A stretch of DNA of 63,690 bases, filler included, from Atractiella rhizophila (GCA_021432655.1; 5 parts of 5 records of this genome joined end to end with filler, not necessarily neighbours in it); one strand, 5' to 3'; counted from the whole stretch's first letter, positions 27,850 to 40,780 are shown. Notes: a model not told the origin generated them from the sequence alone. Made by a program: numbers and translations.

Positions 27850-29743
27850 ACAGGGACATGGGGATGGAGCAACTTCAAAGGCAGCGACTTCAGTGTGGTG
27901 TAGAAACAAATACAATGAGGCACAGCAACGGCAAGTCTTTGTATTCCCTGCTTCTGGTAGTTGGTAATTCTAATTCCAATGGACGTGTACACATTGACAA
28001 CATCTTCAAACCTCTTCCTTGGTAGCCACTACCACCCCTAACACCACTTGACCAATCGTCTGCAACACCAGACACCATCATAGTACTGTCTGATGATGAA
28101 GACAAAGAAGAAGCTCCCATCCATTTTCATACCACCGTCGTCACATCTGTCACCTCCATCCCTCCTCCAATGCCCTCTCCAACAAGTCCCTGCAACTCTT
28201 TCTCTCTATTAGCATGCTCAGATACCTCTTCATCACCTATGGTGACATCAAAGAGACCCCAAGAAGAAGACCCAGCCTTTATTGGAACACCCTTGCCAAA
28301 GCAGAATCACTTCATGATGGAGGAGAGCACTGAGCAGAAGGAGGCAACCTTATAGGGTATGAAATGAGGACTGCTTGGATCAAGCAACTGTTGCAACAGA
28401 ATAAATTTGTGACACACCTTCAAAGTTGCAGGGTGCAAGCACTAGAGACTTATTACAACCTGTTGAAGCTGGGTATGAGGGGAAAGCTGGAGGCATCGCA
28501 ACTTGCGGCAGCATTACACCGCTTCTCGCAAACACATGGGCACACGCTCTATTTGTCTATGGGCTGCTCACTATGAACAGACAAATGAACTCCCGGTGTC
28601 AAACAGAGGTAGTACTCTTTCATGACCAGTGACAGGTACTGATGGAATGAGATGAAAACAGGGAGACATGTAAAGACGTATACTGCTGAATGATCCTGAA
28701 GTTTGTGGCATCCTTCGTGCCTGGCTCTGAACAAATAAGTGGTCTATGGACTTGACAAATCTTGCCAAGTTTCATGTCAATACGATGGTTCCACTTGTAC
28801 TTGAGAAGTATGTGAAGCAAACTATTCGAAGAGAGATACCGAAAGGATTGAAGAATTGTCTTGAGCTGCAGCTATTTCCATAAATTGGATTTTATGAGAA
28901 TGGGCTCTACTTTGAGTAAGTAGTTTGCATTGTAGCCAACTGAGATGACATTTTGCAGTGGACATGATAGACTGGATGTTATCCGGTCTTCATCCCTGAG
29001 CTTGAAACGATTACGCCAATATGCTGTTGGTAATGTGACAAATGAGGTTGTCAAGGATCTTCCTCCAGGTACCAGTCGAGTTGTGCTGTGAGAAAGTTAC
29101 AGACCATCATGATGATCATAAGTGCTCTGAACAGTCGGATGAAGGAGTAATCCGCTGGTCCTCAGCACCAGATATTGGTGGCGACGAGAAGTTCAGCAGC
29201 GTTACACCAGCTCATTTGCAGCCTCATGCTGGGAGCAAAAAGGAGATGGACGTATGGGCAAGCAGAGGTAGTTAAGACTAGAAGCCCTTAATAGTCTTCA
29301 ATCATTCTCTTCGCTCGTTCTGCGAGTGTAGTCCATTTCATTTGTGTCATAAGGATCGATGTCCGCTGCTAAGTGCTGAGACGGTGTTGAACCGTGGAAG
29401 GTTATTTACAGTCATCTGCACGGATAGATGTGTTGTTGTTGTGTTGTGTGATCATATTTCAGAGCGTACAGACTGTAGTCAACGGAGCTCTACATTTGGG
29501 GAACAGATCAAATTAAGTAAAAAAAAAAAAAAAAGGTGACTTGTGAGCAAAGTACGTCGGTGGGAGTGTTATGCAATGTATGGTGACGAGAAGAGATGTG
29601 AAAGTAAGAATTATAATGAATCCCCAGCACCCCTTGCAAGGAATATGACCGTTAAGCAGGATGACCATGAGAGGGATTCTACGTCGCGATGGCTAAGTGA
29701 AAGTTTTTAAGTTATTCTTGGAGGAGACTTATCTTAGAGGTGG

Positions 29744-32700
29744 TTAGTCCTCCCAGTCTTCCCTTTTATCCTCTTCCTTTCCGCCTCCTGACTTCTTTCT
29801 CTCCTCCTTTCTCCTGTCTAACACCCTTTGTGCCCTCTTGATCCATAAGTTGAACTTGCCGCTCCTCCTAATGAATTCCCATACCGCTTGGATCGCTTCC
29901 GGCTTGCTTAAGAGGTCGCTGAGAGATCTAAACCGGATGTCCTTCTTCCGTAACCTGATCTTTAGCTTCCTCCTTTCTTCGTCATATTCTTCGCATTCGA
30001 AGAAGAAGTGGGAAACAGTATCACGCATGCCACACTGGTTGCAGCCTGGGTCCTCTTTGATCCCGATTCTGTGTAGGTAGTCGTTCACAGAGATGTGCCC
30101 GGATCGGAGCTGGACAAAGATGGATGCTTGAGCCCTGGGCATCGATGCTAGCATCTCGAATGTCTCTTCTGGCGACAATGCACGTGAGAGGGAGCGATGG
30201 TGCTTCCCCGAGGAGGATGTAGCGTTGGTGTATCTTTGGGTGAACATTGATGCTGAGATGGTGGACTTGAATGCCGAAGGGCTTGTTGGGAGGCTATGTG
30301 TTCCCGTTGCTTTCTTGGCATTAGTAGCTCCGTTGGCCGCTGAGTCTGCGAGTTCATTGCCTTTGATATCAGCATGGCCAGGGATCCAGTGTAACGAGAG
30401 GTTGGCAAGGGGGAACTCCCTTCGGAATGTGGAGGCGAGGTGGTGGATGTTCTTGACAACGCAAACCCCCGGTTTGCTTTTCGGCTTCTTAGCTAGGTTT
30501 TTGACTGCAGCCTGGGAATCCGTAAAGATACGGACCGAGGATTGGGTACCTCGTGTTCTGTTGAGTGCTATGCCCAACGCCAAGCCTCTGTCAATCCCCA
30601 GCAATTCTGCCTCGAAGACGGTGTTCTTGTCACAGCCGCCGATCCTGTAACCAGCCTTGATATCTGGATCTGTGATTGCCAGCCCGCATGCCACGCCATC
30701 TTCTGTTCTTGAACCATCCGTGAAGATCCAAGTTTCTCCTGCCTCCTGTACCAGCTCGTTGAACTCCCTGGAGGCATCTTCTTTTGTTTCTGCGATGGTG
30801 ACGTTGAACGGAGGGGTACACCCTGGGTGGGTGGTGAAGGACGGAATGACTTCGAGGCCTTTGGGGAAGGTGATTCTGGCCGAGTTGAAAGTGTAATTGA
30901 GTGGCGAGAGATGGGAACTAGGAGACGGCAGGGCCAGAGTTTTCCGGGCAATGAGACCTGCTGGGTTGGAGTTTGAAAGAGAGAGTAACCTGACTGTCGC
31001 CCTAGCGACTACCCTGTCCAGGCAGGCGACTACTGATGTGAGGTTGGAGTCGTAGGAGAGGGCAGAAGTGGGGGTCGTGCGGAAGGCCCCAAGTATTAGT
31101 CGTTGGGCATAGCGTTGAATGATTTCCAGGCGCGTGGCTCCGCCTGTCTTCTTCCCTAAGCGGTGCCATACCACTGCGTTGTTGTCGGTCATTGCGCATA
31201 CTGCAGCCTCGTAGAGGCGCCGATACAGTCATAGGGGGATTCCCTTCGTTGTGTTGGAGAGGGATGCCAGGAGGGAGAGCGAGGCTTTAGCCTTCTTCTC
31301 GATCGCTTTTAAATGAGAGTTGAAATTTAACCTGGAGTCAAGAAGCACTCCCAGGTATTTCATCTCTAGCGACTGTGGAATGGTTGTAGTTCCAACACGA
31401 ATAGTGAGGTGGCCGTATCGGGATTTCATCTTCCTCAGATGCCCGTATAGGACAAAGTCCGTTTTGGCCTCCTCAAATATGGCCCCATGCTTCTCACCCC
31501 AAGCCATTGCTTTATCGAGCATCACCTCAAGATTTGCGATGGCTTGTGACGGGTTAGTTGCACGGGTATTCATGTGGATGTCGTCTACGAACCCACATTT
31601 GAGATATGCCCCTCCCGGTGCCTGTATTTCCAAAAGGTCAGCATTGTAGAAGAGGTAGAGAATCGGAGAAAGGGGGGAGCCTTGTGCCAGTCCTACATGC
31701 AGGACGAAGAACTCCGAAGAATATCCATCGAAGTTATAGGTCGTGCTTCTTCCCCTTAGCCATGAGTTAATGATTCCCACCTCTTGTGTGGGGACCATTC
31801 TCTTCTTGAGGTTGTCAATGAGTCAGTCGTGGATGACGGTTGGAAAGGCCCCTTTGACATCAAGCGATACCGAAGCTGTGACTTCCTTTCTTCTCCAGCC
31901 CTCCCTTATGAAATCTGTAACGGTAAGGAGTGCATCATTAGTTGAGCGGCAGGGCCTCGCGCCAAAATGATGATCAGGAAGGGCCCCACTGCTCTCTGCA
32001 TGGAAGGAGAGTCTGGCTGCGATAACGCCGTCGAAAACCTTCCCTATGCAGTCGAGAAGAGCGATGGGGCGATAGGAGGAAGGGAGGGCATAGTCAGCTC
32101 GTTTTGGTTTCCTAAGGATAACGGTCGAGAAGCGCTTCCAGGCAGATGGATAATAGCCGATGCGGTAACAAGCTGAGAAGATTATGAAGAGTGGGGGGCG
32201 GATCTCTCCCCTTAGCTCCTTCAGGAGCTTATTAGAGATACCCGTCATGCCTGGGGCTGAGTTCGTTTTTAATCTGTCTAGAGCTTCGTCAATTTCCTCG
32301 ATTTTAAGGGGAGGGGATTGGTGAGGGGGGGGTTGGTGGATAGAAGGCAGGTCAGAGAGGTCATAGTGGAGAGCAGAAGGGTTGAAAGTGGAGTGGAATA
32401 GGTGAGCCTTGTCAGCAGGGGAGGAAACGGGGCCATTGGGGGCATCATTTGGGTTCCCTTGTCGTTTGAGAGGCGGAATATCTCGACACCGTTCTTCCCT
32501 CTTACCATATTTGTGCGCTGTCCAGATGGTGTGTTGATCCAGGTCAGCGAGGAAATCTTCGAAATGGAGGGATTTGGCTGTTTTAATATCAGTATGGAAT
32601 TGGTTAGCAGCCTTACGCCATAACATGCGAGCTTCGTAGGTGGGTTCTTTGCTGTCTGACCGTCGTAGCCTTAGGAATCTGTTCCGTAGCTTGTTAACTA

Positions 32701-33217
32701 TCTTCTTCTTCTTCGTAAGTTGATCCGTCCACCACCTTTTGATGGGTGGGGTCTTCGAAGCCCTTGGGAGCAGCTTTGAAGCTTCCATTAACGCCAAGGT
32801 GAGGTTTTCCACTGCTGCATCTATCTCCTCCAGCGTCGAGAGCCGATCCGTGTGTCCCGGGATGCCTGCAATCAAGTCTGACTGTTGAAGGAAGTCTCTT
32901 ACCGATTCCCAATCAGCTGACTGGTAGTTGTACCGGGGACGCGGATCGAACGCTGGAGGGATAAGTGATAGAGTTGTGAGTAACCTGTAGTGGTCAGAGT
33001 TGTGGCTGTCTCCCCCTTGGTCAGTCACACAGTATGAGATGAACTCATCAGCAAAATCGTTTGTAAAGATTAGATCGATAGTTGTCTCGTATCCCAGGGC
33101 ACTGATGTAGGTAGGAATGCCTGCCTGAGATCTGAGTGTAAGTCCTAGTTCTTGGAAGACCTCTAGGAGAATGGTTGCGTTGCCATCAATTTTCGTATAC
33201 CCTGGTGGGTTCCACTC
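29744..33217 (-). mobile_element. Non-LTR retrotransposon (Tad1/LINE-like) ORF2: endonuclease, RT, RNase H and Cys/His motif; 5' end cut by contig edge; two in-frame TGA stops
   Basis: Endonuclease TTIDLIF..SDH; RT YRPIALLDCIGK, HFGARP.RST, SLDVKGAF, GLAQGSPLSPILYLFY, FVDD; RNase H IFTDGS, VFEAELLGI, IFTDSQAA, WIPGH.DIKGNELAD; CNQC..DTVSHFFFEC. The three ORFs share one frame, separated by TGA at 31823 and 31229. Confidence 0.96.
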
Positions 33218-33317
33218 NNNNNNNNNNNNNNNNNNNNNNNNNNNNNNNNNNNNNNNNNNNNTTAATTAATTAANNNNNNNNNNNNNNNNNNNNNNNNNNN
33301 NNNNNNNNNNNNNNNNN
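33218..33317. other. Artificial contig linker
   Basis: 44N-TTAATTAATTAA-44N. Confidence 0.97.
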
Positions 33318-33633
33318 GAAGAGAGGGTACGAACAGCTTTTTGCAACCCATGCAAGCCATTGGATTCTTCTTCTTCTTTCCCGCCGCCTCATTCGTCTCT
33401 CCCATCTCGCTCACCTGCTCCCCCTCCTTCACATCATGCGAATGCAATATCTCAGGCTCTGCTTGCTTGAACTTCGTTTCTTGAGCGTCGCAAGTCTTTC
33501 TGGCGGCAGCATTGGTCTGTTGGAGAGTGATATCTCGCTGGAATCCATCGTTGGCGACGCCGTTCAAGTTGGCGTTCAAGTTGCTCCTGAGGAAATCGCT
33601 AATGTCGATGTCGCTTTGGGAATTCGAATCCAT
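33318..33633 (-). CDS. 5' fragment of a probable Zn(II)2Cys6 transcription factor (truncated at contig edge)
   Basis: ATG at 33633. Basic KKKKNPMACMGCKKL is the first CxxC of a GAL4-type cluster and is followed by a GTTCGT donor, a common intron position in this motif. Confidence 0.6.
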
Positions 33634-35470
33634 CGTGATTGGTTTATTATATATCTAGTTCTTTGGGGAACAATGCTACTTCTCAGTGGGGACAATGGTG
33701 GTTGTTACTACCTCGCTGGGGGGGGAAGGGCTAAAACGAGCAAGTGCGGGAGGTGTGAAAACGTAAGGTTCGGCGGGAACGAGCAGCTGAAGCCTCATCA
33801 TCGTCTTTCTGCCCTCTAGATTTGCAGCCAGCTACTGGTGTGCTTTTTGGGAGGCCTTTCCATAAATTCACCTCACCACATCGTTCTGTTGGAGTTCCAA
33901 CGCCAATCCATTACGTAACAGTACATGCATCCGATCTCAATCAATGACCCGAACTTTGCCCGAATTCTATTTCTTTAGCCCCTCGTTGCAGATTATTCCA
34001 GTCCAGTCTCATTTCCAACAAGTATCCTCTCCACTGATCTCTATTGGTTCTTATGGGGGTCACTAACGATTAACTGTTAGGAGCTAAAGTTGCAAATTCG
34101 TCATATTCTTCGATGTATAGACAAACCTCTCTTCCCTTCCAGAGCCTGCCGCGATAAAACGACCAGATCAAAGCCTGCAAGGAAGGAAGGAACCGCCGTT
34201 GCGATCCCCAAACGCTCCTTGCTCCCACTGGAAGATGGACTCTCTCTGCACTCAAGCAACTGAAAGGCACAAACCGTGGCTACCAATCCCTCAACGGGTG
34301 GACTGCTTGACCTCATATCCTAGAACAAGAGCATGCTACTAGTAGAGACAGGAATTGGGAGAAGGAAAGGNNNNNNNNNNNNNNNNNNNNNNNNNGCAAA
34401 AGAAAGCATTGTCATGCAAGTTTGATGGTGCCAAAGTGACGTCCATTATCCACGTATTTTTTTTTATCTCTTCTATCAAAATATGGTTTCTAACAGTGAA
34501 TACAACACGGGAAACAGTCCTCTCGCTTGACATCAAAAGAGCTCCTCGATCCTCCGCACAAGACCGAAAGCGTCCAATCACCTTTCTCCATGTCATGCTT
34601 TCCCAGACTCTTTTACTTCACGAGAAGAAGACGAGCCAATAGCGTCCCCTCGTCGTTGCAGTTATAGCCGCTAAGACGGACTTCGGTTTATGATTTCTGC
34701 TTCGATCCTCTCCTCTCGCACCGTCCCCGGTTTAACTCCCAAGCTTATGTGCGAGCAATGGATGTGATATAAAGGAGGTGTCAGACAAGATGAGAGGCAT
34801 CGAACACTGGGAGGATAAGAAAGAGTAAACATGAACAGCGCACGACTGTCTCTTTTCTTTGCGATGATAGTCTCTGCTTTAGCAGTTACTGTCCCCGTGA
34901 GTTCTCTTCATTCGACATCAAACCGTGCTGAGGAGAAGGGCGGGTGACAGAACACCATGCAAGAAAGGCAAATCCTTCCCGGTTGTAAGCCGCCTTGTGA
35001 AGGCGTTGGAGTCATCTGTAAGCGTTCTATGTCTCTCTTTCTGAACCAGTTTGACACGGGAACATAGGTTTTTGTCCTGATGATTGAACATTCAACAATC
35101 CGGCGGTGAAATAGAAATCATGAGGGACAATGCCAGTTTATCCAATGGAATGAATATCGCCCATATTTACTTCTTATTTCAAAAAAGCTAATGTCAGGAA
35201 TTGCGAGTTAAGTATAAGTATCCTTTGAAAGATTCATTTCTTTGTAGAAAGTCTTCTCCCAAGTATCCAATCAGGATATCAGGTCCGCGTAAAATCTGCG
35301 GCAGGTCCGTTTCTGGTTGGAAACACGCCAGGATACAATTACGTACAGCGCTTATGATATCTTCAACGACGATCTGGGATCCTTCCTTCGCCTTTCTCTC
35401 GCCATTTTCCCTGCTTTTTTCCTTACTCACGGAGCGAGTCTCCAACTGGCCTCAGGGAGGTTCAGCGCCA

Positions 35471-37022
35471 ATGCCCTTTCTCACCACCATCCTACTCTCC
35501 TTCCTCTCCTTCCTCTCCCTCAGCACCAACCATGCCTTCGCCCAACTCACCGATGCCACCTGCTCCGCCGACTTGGCTTTCATGAACAATAACCTCGCCC
35601 AGAACCCCTGCATCGTACTCAGCACCATGTTCGGCGCTTGCACTAACACCGTCGGCACGTTCAACCTCCAGGCACTCGCGCCAGAGTTCAGTGGGTATGC
35701 TGGGCCGACGAGCACGGATTCGAGCCAGTTCTTGTACAATCAGTGCCTGTGAGTTTTCTTTTGTGTTTGGTGTCAATGGGAAGTTGTGGAAGACCAACAC
35801 TTCATGTGTTTCTTAAACCAGAAATACATCAAATATTAACTCGTTAAGAACCTACAATAAAAATAAACCAAATATACTTTTCTGCCAAGTGCTGTATTGA
35901 GAAATACCGTTTCTCTCGTGCTTCATGGATGTTGCCTTTTTCGCTATATCTATAGACAGTTCCTCCTGTTCATGGAAGTGTACTAACGACACACGGCAGA
36001 TGTTCAATGCCAATATACAACCTAATCTCCGCCTGCGAGTCCTGTCAATCCAAGACCGTCCTCTCCTTCACAGCCTTCACGCAATCCTGCAACTCCGTGC
36101 GTCCCTCCCCTCTCTCGTACCTGCCACATCTGACATCAATCTGTCTGTGCCTGGTGTTTCGTGGAACAGAGTTTCACAGGTGCAGAAGGCTTCCCATCGC
36201 TCAAACTACCCGTCGCCGTGCCCTCCATCACCGCCCTCGCCCCGTGGACGTTCATCGATAACACCGACGGCACGTGGTCCCAAGCTGAAGTGAAGAGCGC
36301 GCTGGGGATAGTGGACACTGATTCTTCGTCATCGAGCGTCGCTTCCTTCTCAGCAACCAGGGTGACTAGCGCGCCACAAAGCACAGGGAGTGGGACGGGG
36401 TCCGGTAGAGATGGAGGGGGAGGGAGTAACAGTACAGGAGCGATAGTGGGCGGCGGTACGTAATCTCCTTGCTTCCCCTTCCGCTTTTTCGTCTCTTTTT
36501 CTCATGTTTTGTGACGCGCTTCTGGTTCGTTTTCTTTCAGTGATCGGTGGCCTCGCTCTCATCAGTCTCGTCGGTGCCGGAGTGTGGTACATCAACAAAC
36601 TGTATCCCCAACGCACAACCTCATCCATCCTCCCCCAAACGCGTCCTGAGGGACGAGGACAAGGACAAGGACAAAATCCGATGGCCCAAGTCCCAGGACG
36701 AATGATCACTCCCGCGTCGTCCTACGTTCCCTCTTCATCTGGACATGGTGGTTACGCCTTCAACAACGGTTTCGGAGTCGGAGGAGTTGGAGGAGGAGGG
36801 GGACGGAGCGTGGGACATGTACCTATGCCGTCCTTGTCGTATTCTGTGAATATGGCGCCGAATGAAAGGGAGGCGGTGAGGTGGTCTGGTGATGATGCGA
36901 AGGAGAGACAGGTGGAGAGGTTTGGAAGTTTCGCTTCGCTCCCGAGTTTGCAGAATTATGGGGCTAGTCAGACTTATAATGGGTTGGCGGAGGTTCAGGA
37001 TGAGGGGAGAGGGAGGTTTTAG
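35471..37022 (+). CDS. Type-I membrane protein with Cys-rich ectodomain (basidiomycete family; Mid2/Wsc-like topology)
   Basis: Signal peptide; ATC..FMNNNLAQNPC..FGAC..QCL/CSMPIYNLISACESCQ..SC; APWTF; Ser/Gly stalk; TM GAIVGG/VIGGLALISLVGAGVWY; cytoplasmic tail to TAG at 37022. Confidence 0.8.
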
Positions 37023-37986
37023 GATGTTTGATACCTGGTGGAATGTGATACCTATCTCAGGAAAATAACTTGGTCAAGTCAAGTCCTTCAACACAATGCT
37101 TCAGTAAAATGTTTACCAAGGGAACGGGATGGGGAAGCATCAAAGATGTGGCCGATGAGGCAAGACATCAATGTAAGCAGAAAACAGCAACAAGGCGCTC
37201 CTTCAGCCAGAAAAGATAGGAATATGTCCCTGGTCAGCCAATGAAATGACGCTAGGATTGTGTTCAAGTTCCATGCTGGATCTAATGGATTATCCACAAC
37301 TCCACAATGAAGAAATACAACAAAGCGTCTGTCACAGAAACGCTACCAATGGATCCATGCATCAGTGCTTGAACTCGTCCTGGAACTCTTGTCGAATCTC
37401 TCTATTGTGCATGTGCGACGTTTTCTTTTTTCTCGTCTCCCTTGAACTTCAACGGTGCATGTCAGCCCCCTCGGTTTGATTCCTTCTCCTTCTTGCACAA
37501 CTTGAAGCCAGCCACTTTTGAAACTCAGCTTAGTAAGTTACAACATTGAGCGAGGATTTTGGAAAATGGACCTGAACGTGCTTTCTGGCGGCGGGCAATT
37601 CCACGACTGGGGCGAAAAGTTGACAGTATAGTATTCGTATTCGAAACCCATTCGAATGTAAGGGACGTGAAATATGATGATCATCCAGATGATCTTGCTG
37701 CCCTGGATGAATATACGCTGGCTCGTGGAGGCGTGCGGGAGGTCATACATTCACACAGCACATTTCTTGCAGATTGGTCGACTAGCACGGATCCTGGTCG
37801 TTATTCAAAACTTTCATTTCAAGTTCTTGCCTTCAGCAAACCCTTTGAAACAGAGGTTACAATGTTACAGTGTGAAAAGTTCTCTGAGTAGTGTACATCG
37901 CTAGATTTCTCATTTATCGCATCTTGATAGTTTACTCCCCAAATTTGCACCACAGACAAATCCAGCTTTAACTGGCTGGCGACAGC

Positions 37987-38886
37987 TCACAAAAAGTCAT
38001 TCGCTCCTTTCAGGTCCGCCTCCTTATCCTTCGCATTCCGACATTTGAACCAAGTGGTAGCAACGAGCTCCAGCCCTTTCTCCTTGACGAACTCTTCATG
38101 CTTCCACGCTCGTCTGGACTCAAACACGTCTCCTCCCGTGCTTTCTTTTGTCACTTGACCAGGAGATGTCTCGAGGTAGAGGAGGAAGACATAACGATGC
38201 AACCTGTTCCCAAACCGGATCAATTTCCGATTGAAGCAGAGAAGGCAGAGGCAAGGACGCGCCCGCTCCCTTCGTTTGGCCCAGGTCCCTTATAACTGGT
38301 CGCCGCCTCAGATGTCGTCTTCACCATTTGACTCCCGAGCTCGCCCTCTGAGGATGTCGTAGATACCAGAGACTCCAATCCTGTAGCCGTCGTAGGTACC
38401 AATCCTGGTTGTACCCAGTGCCTAACTCGATGAACGACAGAAGTCAGCGGCGGACGGGAAGGTTGGGACTGACAGACCGCCAAGGAGAGAATTTGCGGTC
38501 TGCTGGAGATGGCGCATCCTGTGCTTTCGTGAGCAAATGAGAAGGACGACTTCCGAGGAAGGGAAGCGCACGAAATCAAGGAGCATGATGGTATAGCTTT
38601 CGTTTCTGTCTGGATTCTAAGCGCCAATCAACCAGTTCGTCAGTTCATCAGTTCCCTCGGTCAATGATGATAGAGACGAACAGACCTTTCCAAGAAACGA
38701 TACCACAGGTTCAGTTGCCGTCTCCTCAGGCGTCAGTTCTTTCCCCAACTCTACCTCTTTTCCATTGTACGTGATCGATAAGAAGACGGAAGGCTGGAAA
38801 TCTGCTGGTGCAACCGCTGGGACGAGTTGTGCCTTCTGGAGGGATGGCAAGACGGTAGTGGAAGGCAAGAAGGGGATGAGAGGCAT
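37987..38886 (-). CDS. Phosphatidylethanolamine-binding protein (PEBP/Tfs1-like), multi-exon
   Basis: LSITYNGKEVELGKELTPEET..EP, TIMLLDF/DAPS..DRKFSP, RHWVQPGL, YKGPGPNEGSG/LHRYVFLLY, FVKEKGLELVATTWF. Confidence 0.88.
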
Positions 38887-40439
38887 GGTGTAGTCGAGAT
38901 GTCTTACTTTGATTCGGGCGATTGGTTGGGGTGCAGATCAAGCGAGCTGATGGCGATGAAGGTGGCTTTCCGAAATTCCTTGAGGAGAGGGAGAGCAAGA
39001 TGAGAAATGACGTCGCATCAACGGACCGTCTTGCCGGAATTTGATAACGGAGCCAACGGAGACAGGTACGAAAGTATTCTGAAATGTATAGGGCTCCCTC
39101 TACAACTGCTCGAGCAGGGTCGAGGGGAATAAATGAACGGGTTCAACTGGTGAACAAGTCAGGCTAAATACAAGTTTTGCCGCAGGGTATATCAAAAACA
39201 AGCACAGAATGTCTATCCAGAAGAAAGTTCTACCGTCGTCCATAGCTTTCGTAAGTATCGGGCATCGCGAGATCTTCGCTTTGAATCTCCCTGCGTCCAA
39301 TTCATTAAGACAGACTTAACGACTGGTATAACAGAACGCACGGAATAACACGTCCACTTGCATCGATATCAGGACTACCTTGTCTGATACCGCCAGGTCC
39401 CAGCATAGGTTGAGATTCATGACTGTGACTGTGTTAAAGGAATGGTCCGTCCTTCCTCTTTTTGCAGGATACACGGTGAAGAAGAGTAGGAAATTCTGGT
39501 GAGATACTCCACAGACTATTTCGTCGGAGAGGACGGAAAGAAAACTTGCAAATGTGACACATGTAGGCGGCACATCGAGCTTCCGTTCGTCAAAGTTCCT
39601 TCTCAAGCCTTGACGTATAACCTTCAAAACAGGGAGAACAACAGTCGCAAATTACGACCAGCGACGGAGCCTTCCGAACTAATCAATAAAACGGATAGGG
39701 GGAAAGACGATTGTTGCGCAATGACGGCAGAGATATCGAAGCGCGAGTTGCGGACAAGCACTGTAGAACAATCTCGAAAGAGGAAGCGGGACTCTCTCAC
39801 GGATATCACGCTGAGCAAGGTAAATGAAGATCATCCCGCTTATGTTACTGGGAGGGACCACAAGAAGAGACAACGGTCTGCTCGATAAAGGCTCGGACAC
39901 TGCTGTACGGCGAGCGTGGGTGTCTTTCATCGTTCGAATATTTAACAACGCGTTCTCGCGCCTTGTATAGCCTTCATGACAGCAGGAAACCACTTTTCGA
40001 AAATTAGAAAACAAAGAAGGAGGCTTTGACTACTTATCGTATTTCTCATTCTTGTGTATCAGAAAGGACTAAGCATCATATCGTAATTCTTGTTCCCTGA
40101 AATACATCTCTACAAAATATGTGGGTCAGATCACAGGAGTAACCAACGCCAAGTTCGCCTTGTACTCTCCATACGAAGAGTAAGTGCGCACTGCAACGGT
40201 TTCCTGTGGACACCGTACACAATACGCCGACTCCTCTCTCAGCATGCGGATACATAATTGCTCAGAGCGGAATCCGACGTAGAGCGCAAGTACTCTTGCA
40301 AACGTAAAGGATGAGCAATGTAAATGCAATCTCATGCCTGCTTTCCTCCTACATATCTCTATACCACCTTGGTCAACTAACCAAGCTCAGGCGCTAGCAC
40401 ACATGGCACAGGTATCTCCACGGCACAAGTTCGAGCATT

Positions 40440-40780
40440 ATCAAGTCAGCCAGAACATAAAAGTAGCTAGACTCGACATCCTCAAGCTCTCATTAACGGC
40501 ATTGTAGAAGCCTTCACAAGCATATGCAGCCAAAATGGAAAGTGGCAAACGGAAACTTTGAAAGCTCGCAGCAACAGCAAGCTCTCCTTCTCCCTTCTCC
40601 CTCAAATCCAAAGAGAAATACGTACCCAGTACATGCCCCAAACAGCGTACTCGTAACTACACACGGGCTCTGACCCCTCACATTCTCCAAGAAGTCCAAT
40701 CGGTCGGGACAGACGACATTCGTGTTTTGAGCATTCGCCCCGCGGAGGCTAAGAAGGAAGAAGACTGGTAAGAGGAGCAT
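40440..40780 (-). CDS. First exon(s) of a paralogue of the Cys-rich membrane protein at 35471 (possibly a pseudogene)
   Basis: MLLLPVFFLLSLRGANAQNTNVVC..LDFLENVRGQSPCVVTSTLFGACTG aligns with AQLTDATC..LAFMNNNLAQNPCIVLSTMFGAC. GTACGT donor follows; downstream exons not resolved. Confidence 0.55.

Larger units (their letters stand above)
26200..28900 (+). mobile_element. Decayed DNA-transposon fragment (N-terminal part of a fungal IS630/Tc1-mariner-like transposase), interrupted by an LTR element
   Basis: Broken + frame with GRHVKTY..LLNDPEVCGILRAWL*TNKWSMDLTNLAKF..TMVP..EKYVKQTIRREIPKGLKNCLELQLFP* (28660-28880), recalled from basidiomycete Tc1/IS630-like transposases. Many stops and frameshifts; no DDE domain or TIRs seen; boundaries approximate. 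Confidence 0.5.

Noticed and set aside
29519..29534. A-run as the poly(A) tail of the LINE
   Set aside because: The LINE is on the minus strand, so its tail would appear as poly(T) on the plus strand. The 3' end and TSD were not identified.
31229..31825. Programmed TGA readthrough or recoding in the LINE
   Set aside because: CGA-to-TGA decay is simpler, and host genes here use TGA as a normal stop.
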